Position numbers and translations under genes: made by a program. A stretch of DNA of 32,000 bases. It comes from Desulfocapsa sulfexigens DSM 10523. GTDB lineage: Bacteria; Desulfobacterota; Desulfobulbia; Desulfobulbales; Desulfocapsaceae. Under the pieces are notes generated by a model. The model saw only the letters and a list, made by a program, of their open reading frames with translations, did no database searches and was not told where the DNA came from. The stretch spans positions 1,350,001-1,382,000 of the forward strand of contig NC_020304.1 of the NCBI RefSeq assembly GCF_000341395.1, written 5' to 3'. Of this stretch, positions 26,333 through 32,000 are shown piece after piece. The stretch's first letter is position 1. The number at the start of each line of letters is the position of its first letter.

Positions 26333-27735
26333 TTTCTGCTAGAGTCCTGCTCCAGCCAACTGATTTCTTCCTGCCGCTCCTCATCAAACACCGCCCCTCT
26401 GTCAGCAGCAATTGCAAAATAGGTGACCAGCTCAGCAAGCCCCTTTTCCACAGGGTATACCTTGGTAACCTCATGGAGTGAAACCTGCTCGTTCTGCTGC
26501 AAAAGTTGATTGACCTGACTCTCCAATTTTAATCGGTCCACCACAAATTGTTCAAACAGCACATCAGCATTCATGTCTGAAATATCTGCATCGACCACAT
26601 CTGCGGCTATTACCGGCTTTACCGGAGGTGAAAACAAGGGTCTTTCAAACGGCAGGGCAATTGTGGCGGCAGCCTCATCCACCTCCATAAAAAATCCCGC
26701 AGGCATGTTGTCTCGTACTTCTATGGCAGTGGCTTGTATCTTCTGCAAGATATCAATAATGCGTTTATTTTCAAGATAGGCTTTGTCATCAAGGTAACGA
26801 CGCAACTGATGGGACAACTTTGCTACTGTCCTCTGGGTATGGTTACTGGCCTCAAGCCAATCATAATGGATCCGTTTGAGGCGGGGATCTATTTTTAATT
26901 CTTTAACCGCTTCAAACCCCAGAACCTTTGTCAGCATTTCAGTCAGTTCTGCCTGTCTGCTGAGTGACATGAGGAAATTCCAAAAGGCCTGGAAGCTTCT
27001 TCCCTGGTCCGAACTCGATATGGCATCCCGCTCGCTGAGAATCTCCTCCAATAATTCACCTTTCCGGCCATCCCAGAGAGCAATCCTTTCTCGCACTTCT
27101 TTATCCAGCTGGCGAAAATTATTCTCAACTTCACGGAAGTCCCGCAATAAATCCCTGGCTGTACTTTCCACCTGTTGAATGCGATCTCTCAAAGCAGTAT
27201 TGCTCATACGGCTGACATCGCCATTTCGGATGTTGTCTATCTCCGCATCTATTTCACGTTTCTTTTTCTGCAACTCGACAATTCGTTTTTCGGGATCAAC
27301 CTCAGTCCCCTCAATCATTTGCCGCAAAAGTTCAAACACCATCATAAGCCTGGACTCGGTACCGACAAACTTCCTGCTCGTTAAGCTCTCCAACCAGCCA
27401 ATGACCTTTTCCGTTGCCGAGGTGATATCAAAGGAGGGTTCATCTGACCCCGCTGGATAAAACTTTCTCAACCAGCCTTTATCGTTTTGAGCCCATTCTT
27501 CAAGGTAATCAGCGGCAGAGCGAGGATATTTTTCTTCACCTTCAACCTCTCTGAGAAAAAAAAGCTCATCCTCAAGTTTTGAGATAAGTTCAATCTGGGA
27601 TATGTTGCGAACATTCTCGCTGATATAGACACGATAGAGGAAACTCACGATCAAAGGTGCAAGGGCAGCATCAAGGAGTCGCCAGGCGGGATGCACCTTC
27701 TTTAAAGAGGAAAGAGTTTCGTAATCAAGATTCAT
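26296..27735 (-). CDS. jetA: Wadjet JetA (DUF3375)
   Basis: 479 aa; YETLSSLKKVHPAWRLLDAALAPLIVSFLYRVYI..NVRNISQIELISKLEDELFFL, helical DUF3375-like protein at the head of the four-gene set. Confidence 0.93.
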   Translation of the reverse strand: MNLDYETLSSLKKVHPAWRLLDAALAPLIVSFLYRVYISENVRNISQIELISKLEDELFFLREVEGEEKYPRSAADYLEEWAQNDKGWLRKFYPAGSDEPSFDITSATEKVIGWLESLTSRKFVGTESRLMMVFELLRQMIEGTEVDPEKRIVELQKKKREIDAEIDNIRNGDVSRMSNTALRDRIQQVESTARDLLRDFREVENNFRQLDKEVRERIALWDGRKGELLEEILSERDAISSSDQGRSFQAFWNFLMSLSRQAELTEMLTKVLGFEAVKELKIDPRLKRIHYDWLEASNHTQRTVAKLSHQLRRYLDDKAYLENKRIIDILQKIQATAIEVRDNMPAGFFMEVDEAAATIALPFERPLFSPPVKPVIAADVVDADISDMNADVLFEQFVVDRLKLESQVNQLLQQNEQVSLHEVTKVYPVEKGLAELVTYFAIAADRGAVFDEERQEEISWLEQDSSRKCVHIPRIIFSR

Positions 27736-28103
27736 TTATGTTCCAAGTTGTGGTTATAGACACCGTATTAATCGAGAGAATCGGATATATTGGCATCAAC
27801 CAGAGGCAGACCTCGGTTGCGTTAAAAGTCTACCTGTTTCCAATCAGCATTTCCAGGGACAGGGGAGATATCTTTACTTTCGTTATGGTTAAGCTGCCGG
27901 TAACACGTACTATCCAGCTAGAGCTAGGGCATGAAAGAGACCTTTTTAATGTCTGATTCAAATTTTGAAAACTTGCTGGATGCGCTATTACTTGGACAGC
28001 ATACGGGTGTAAGAAAAATTGCAAGTAACAGCTGAGCCCACTAAGGCAATCTGGAGGCGATCTCAGTGATATCTCAAAGAGGACTGTGTTTTTTCTTACT
28101 ATC

Positions 28104-28676
28104 AGACCTCCCCTTGGATATTTTTGTTATCTAAATCACTCGCTATCTCTTGGAATTGCAGCAAAGCGGCCTCAAGGTCTTCGACTATTTCGGCGGCGAT
28201 GATGCCTGGATCAGCGGGTGCGGGGTGAAATACTGGCCAGCGCCGGACTTGGTATCCTGGGCATTCTTTTCCAGCAAGCCCTCATAGGCATCGCCCTTGA
28301 CATCAGCGCTCATCACCGACCAGTTTTCCTTGCCGATCAGATCGACCAGCAGACGGCGCAGTTTGGCCGGGTCCTGAAACTTGTTCTGGGATTTGTTAAA
28401 GATCAGCCCCAGCAACCCTTTTTCCTTACCTAATTGATCCAGGAGATGGCGATAATGATCAAACAGCTCATCGCCATCCTTGCTGATCAAGCTCGGCCAG
28501 TCGTACCCTGCCGGCACACCACTCGGCTTATTATAAGGGGCCTTGGTCCGCTCATCCGACATCTTGAGAAACAGCAGATACGTCAACTGTTCGACGTAAT
28601 CACCATAGCTCATCCCGTCGTCCCGCAAGACGTTACAGTAGTTCCATAGTTTTTGTACGATATTGGCTGAGGTCAT
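28104..28676 (-). pseudogene. hsdM: Type I restriction-modification methyltransferase HsdM with large internal deletion and frameshift
   Basis: N-terminal part 28676..28185 (IVQKLWNYCNVLRDDGMSYGDYVEQLTYLLFLKM...GDAYEGLLEKNAQDTKSGAGQYFTPHPLIQASSPPK*) followed at once in another frame by an HsdM C-terminus-like ..IIAAEIVEDLEAALLQFQEIASDLDNKNIQGEV* ending at 28104. Confidence 0.85.
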
Positions 28677-28678
28677 AA

Positions 28679-29383
28679 TTATCCTAAAGCAACTATTTCT
28701 TGCATCCGTTCCATAATCATCGGCACCCTGGCCTGACTTGCTTCATCAGGTGGCATATTGCCGGGTAAGGCCTCCCGGAAGCTTTGATTGTCGATGAGTG
28801 TTTGAAATCTTTCTGCTAAATGTGCCTTCAAGGCATCAGGCGAGTTCCTTATTTCTTCTATCAACTCTGGTCTGCCATCCACAACAGCCACAATATCTTC
28901 CATATCGTGACTCATCATGTAATCCTCATTCCCTCGATTATCAAAGGCGGCAAATTTGCACGCCAGGAAATACGGAGCTGTGATCATCCTGATCTGGTTG
29001 CCCGATGGTATCTCCTGAGTAGTTGAATTATCCAGAGCTTCTTGGTACCAGGGACTACCAAATCCCAAAAGCGCCTGATCCGTCGGCATCACATCTAAAA
29101 TAACACTCTCAGATCTCCAGCGACAGATCGGTGCATCTTCTCCCGTATCTTCATTAAATCCTCTTTCCCGAAGCTGATCAGCAAATAGATAATACTCAGC
29201 CATACTTGCTACTTCAATAATCACATCGACATCAATAGTAGCGCGAATAGGTGGTGCAGCCGTATCGGTAAGCAATAAACCGGTTGCGCACCCACCCAGA
29301 AATACTAATCGTCCAAGCAGATCATCAAGCTGATGGGCAGCTAATTCAAGTATTTCAATATTGGGATTTACTATACGATGCAT
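28679..29383 (-). CDS. MNT-fold nucleotidyltransferase (AbiEii-like)
   Basis: 234 aa; RLVFLGGCATGLLLTDTAAPPIRATIDVDVIIEV (GG..DxD nucleotidyltransferase signature), HDMEDIVAVVDGRPELIEEI. Confidence 0.7.
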   Translation of the reverse strand: MHRIVNPNIEILELAAHQLDDLLGRLVFLGGCATGLLLTDTAAPPIRATIDVDVIIEVASMAEYYLFADQLRERGFNEDTGEDAPICRWRSESVILDVMPTDQALLGFGSPWYQEALDNSTTQEIPSGNQIRMITAPYFLACKFAAFDNRGNEDYMMSHDMEDIVAVVDGRPELIEEIRNSPDALKAHLAERFQTLIDNQSFREALPGNMPPDEASQARVPMIMERMQEIVALG

Positions 29384-29903
29384 ATTTATCCAGTCTGTCT
29401 CTTAATTCATTAATGGCAATCTCACGCTCTCTGGCTCGACCTGCCCGAATAGCATCCACTAGAGCCAACAACTCGTAAAACTCAGGATCTTGCCGAGCAG
29501 CCTTTGGTGCCTTTTTATAAAGCGGCATTAAGGCCAGACCTCTGACTTCTCCTTCCGGATCCGGCCAAACCAGAGGAGGGTCTTGAGAAGACCATCTGGA
29601 AGCAATCATCTTATCTAACGGTGGTGCCGCATAGGCAGTTAAGAAGCCCCTCGTCATTTCACCAGGTTTTGCCCAAAAAACATATTTGAGACCATGGACC
29701 AGAAATTCTTCAAGATTACGATACTGGGGTGCAATCTGGTCATAATACTTGACTGCAAGCTGTGCCTCGAGGGCCCTCTTAACTGATGCGTGTACTTGAG
29801 AGGGGCTAACCCCCAATTCAACTGCCAAATCAGCGTACGACCATGGCCGCTCACCATTCACAACCAACTTTAGCAATACATATATATCTTGTGGTTTCAA
29901 CAT
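29355..29903 (-). CDS. Winged-HTH protein, probable partner of the nucleotidyltransferase
   Basis: MLKPQDIYVLLKLVVNGERPWSYADLAVELGVSPSQVHASVKRALEAQLAV: HTH; start placed at the internal ATG (29903) rather than 29963; 3' end overlaps the nucleotidyltransferase gene. Confidence 0.65.
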   Translation of the reverse strand: MLKPQDIYVLLKLVVNGERPWSYADLAVELGVSPSQVHASVKRALEAQLAVKYYDQIAPQYRNLEEFLVHGLKYVFWAKPGEMTRGFLTAYAAPPLDKMIASRWSSQDPPLVWPDPEGEVRGLALMPLYKKAPKAARQDPEFYELLALVDAIRAGRAREREIAINELRDRLDKYASYSKSQY

Positions 29904-29985
29904 AACGCCATTCCCTATTCTAGATTCCAGAATAAAGAATAGACTTATATTAAAAAAACTCAACCCCTTATTTAAAAGCCCTTTT

Positions 29986-30842
29986 AAATCCGTTCATTCG
30001 ACATCTTGAGAAACAGTGTGTATTATAGACCCAAATCGGTCAGCGAAAAAGACCTGCTGCTGATGCGGCAAATTGATGAGCTTCATTTGGAGCATCCATT
30101 TATGGGAGCACGGATGCTCCGAGACCAATTGAACCGAGATGGTCTTTCAATTGGTCGCAAACATGTTGGAACCCTGATGAAGCGCATGGGAGTTGAGGCA
30201 TTATACAGGAAACCTGGCACAAGTAAAAAGCATCCAGGTCACAAAATCTATCCCTATCTGCTGCGAGGAAAGATTATCGACCAATCCAACCAGGTTTGGG
30301 CTCTGGATACGACATATATCCCAATGGCCAAGGGATTTGTCTATCTTACTGCTGTTGTTGACTGGGCAAGCCGGAAAGTATTGGCTGCTAAACTTGCAAT
30401 AACCCTTGAAGCTTGCCATGCAGTTGATGTACTCAAGGAAGCCTTTACCCATCATGGCACCCCAGAAATTGTCAACACTGACCAGGGGAGTCAGTTTACC
30501 GCAGAAGAGTTTGTCAAGGTAGTACAAGAGAGAGGCTGTAAGCTCAGTATGGATGGACGTGGGGCTTGGCGGGACAATGTATTCGTTGAAAGATTATGGA
30601 GATCAGTAAAATACGAACGGGTCTATTTGCATGCTTATGATACAGTTAAAGAAGCTCGGAGGTCTATCATGCAGTACTTTGACTGGTATAACCGCTCAAG
30701 ACCTCATTCCCAGTTAGGAAAAAGAACACCAGATGAGGCCTACAACATGATGCTACAGGCAGTTGAGAACGCAGCTTAATCAAAGGCAGAGGCTCCACTT
30801 AAAAATGACAGAATACTGTTCAAACAAACTGAGCCACCTCTC
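29986..30842 (+). mobile_element. 5'-truncated IS3-family insertion sequence (orfA missing)
   Basis: Contains the orfB-type transposase but no orfA or left end; right end estimated from where the neighbouring protein frame becomes IS sequence (AGAGGTGGCTCAG on the minus strand). Confidence 0.75.
30006..30779 (+). CDS. IS3-family transposase OrfB, N-terminally truncated (rve/DDE integrase core)
   Basis: 257 aa; VWALDTTYIPMAKGFVYLTAVVDWASRKVLA, EIVNTDQGSQFTAEEF, GRGAWRDNVFVERLWRSVKYERVYLHAY, YFDWYNRSRPHSQLGKRTPDEAY; DDE residues present. Codon 1 is TTG, in-frame stop 21 nt upstream. Confidence 0.93.
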   Translation: MRNSVYYRPKSVSEKDLLLMRQIDELHLEHPFMGARMLRDQLNRDGLSIGRKHVGTLMKRMGVEALYRKPGTSKKHPGHKIYPYLLRGKIIDQSNQVWALDTTYIPMAKGFVYLTAVVDWASRKVLAAKLAITLEACHAVDVLKEAFTHHGTPEIVNTDQGSQFTAEEFVKVVQERGCKLSMDGRGAWRDNVFVERLWRSVKYERVYLHAYDTVKEARRSIMQYFDWYNRSRPHSQLGKRTPDEAYNMMLQAVENAA

Positions 30843-32000
30843 TGGTCATACTCTATGGAAGTATCTACAATCCATGGATGAATGTTAATAGCATCTTTCT
30901 GATCCGAAAGTTTGAGCTTTGCTTGTAGATTAGCATCATTTACGATGGCCTGAGCCATTGCGTTTTCTTTCTGTCTGAGCTGCTGTGAAGCCTTTCTCAA
31001 CGTTGTGGTTCGATGGATCCAGGCATCCTGTTTAGTCTTTCTGATATATGTCGATTTTACCTCTAAGACTAGAAGATGATTATCCATATAGCAAAGGAGA
31101 TCTACTTCACCTGGATCTTTACCGTTTACCAGATCTGGCTGATAGGAATGAACCACAGCAAACCCTTTGCTTCTAAAAAGATCGCCTAAACGTGACTCGA
31201 TACGATCAGTCTCGCCTTTCCGACCTTTGCGTCGACAGCCAATTCTACGTAAATTATTGATGGCAGCGGTTGAGTTGTTCTGGGATGCCATCAACCATGG
31301 TAGCTGAAAACCATATTTCCCGAGTTTAATGATCGGATTTTCATTTAATTCAGGTGTTGGTGAGTTAGGTGATTTTTTTAAGAATATCGGAAAGTTCTTG
31401 AAGATCGTTAGTCCAGAAATCCAATATAGCCTCAGCCATCCTGATATCACCATCTGGATCCGAATCGGTAACCATCCATGACTTGATTCTCTGTGCTTTT
31501 TCCTTTGGTCCCGCCCATGTAAGAGGGAAACGATTCTCACCGGTTTTTAGGCCTTCTATCATAAGCTGAGAAAGAGCACTGAGCCAATGACCTGAGTCCT
31601 GCTGAAACTCTTGGAACCTTCCAATGTATGAAACATTAAAAAAAGCTGTCATGAGCTCAAGAGAGTGTATAGCCTTGAACAGGTCTACCTGCGTACCATC
31701 CGGTAATGAAATAACCGGATCCATACCGTATATCTCATCCAATTGAAGATACACCTGAATAGCCTTGATGTGCGCCAAGCGATTGGACATTTCATTTTCA
31801 GGCAATCCAGATGGTTGACTCGGCAAATCAGAATTGAAATATTGGATTACTGCCCTGTTGAACCAATAACGATGCAGTGCTGATAATTTTCTGCCATTGA
31901 AATCCCATTCTGACTCCTCAGGTATTTCAATAGGGTATAGCGTTAAATGCTCGCCATCAAATTTATAGCGGTAATCATCGTCCAGACAAAACTCAAAAAT
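30776..32000 (-). pseudogene. Large protein with C-terminal PD-(D/E)XK nuclease-like domain; frameshifted and 3'-truncated by the IS
   Basis: Two frames: 32000..31365 (open at the edge, ..ILDFWTNDLQELSDILKKIT*) and ~31385..30776 (..KKSPNSPTPELNENPIIKLG..DPGEVDLLCYMDNHLLVLEVKSTY..). The switch is at a 7-A run; the last ~22 codons are IS-derived. Confidence 0.75.

Noticed and set aside
27657-28024. ORFs of 99 aa (+) and 64 aa (-) upstream of jetA
   Set aside because: No recognisable domain, no clear RBS; region more likely jetA leader and degraded DNA.
1-32000. CRISPR array, tRNA/rRNA genes, retron-like or diversity-generating reverse transcriptase
   Set aside because: No regularly spaced repeats, no tRNA/rRNA signatures and no reverse transcriptase motifs noticed while reading either strand; small RNAs in intergenic regions cannot be excluded by eye.

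Overview
This 32 kb bacterial window is mostly coded on the minus strand and has four blocks. (1) 1-7.1 kb is an anaerobic-respiration-type gene set. It holds a molybdopterin oxidoreductase (partial), a four-cluster Fe-S subunit and a multihaem NapC/NirT-like cytochrome. A PhnD-like binding protein, a histidine kinase and an NtrC-type sigma54 activator lie upstream, and a good sigma54 -24/-12 site precedes the cytochrome gene. (2) 7.4-14.5 kb has two Hsp20 genes. A divergent small gene with two ribbon-helix-helix-like segments follows, then a 1723-aa protein that joins a DEDD-like exonuclease domain, a RecQ helicase and a complete UvrD/Rep-type helicase. (3) 14.5-20.9 kb has an uncharacterised membrane protein enclosed by a 29-bp perfect inverted repeat, an MMPL/RND transporter, an AarF/UbiB-family kinase and a TetR regulator. 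(4) 21.1-32 kb is a defence island: a complete type I Wadjet system (jetABCD) beside decaying material. The decaying part includes an internally deleted hsdM, a wHTH + MNT nucleotidyltransferase pair, a 5'-truncated IS3-family element and a frameshifted gene for a PD-(D/E)XK-like nuclease cut off by the IS. Wadjet is a known system. The best candidate for something less described is the RHH-like gene plus exonuclease-RecQ-UvrD fusion at 8.5-14.5 kb. All assignments are from reading motifs; no database search was run.
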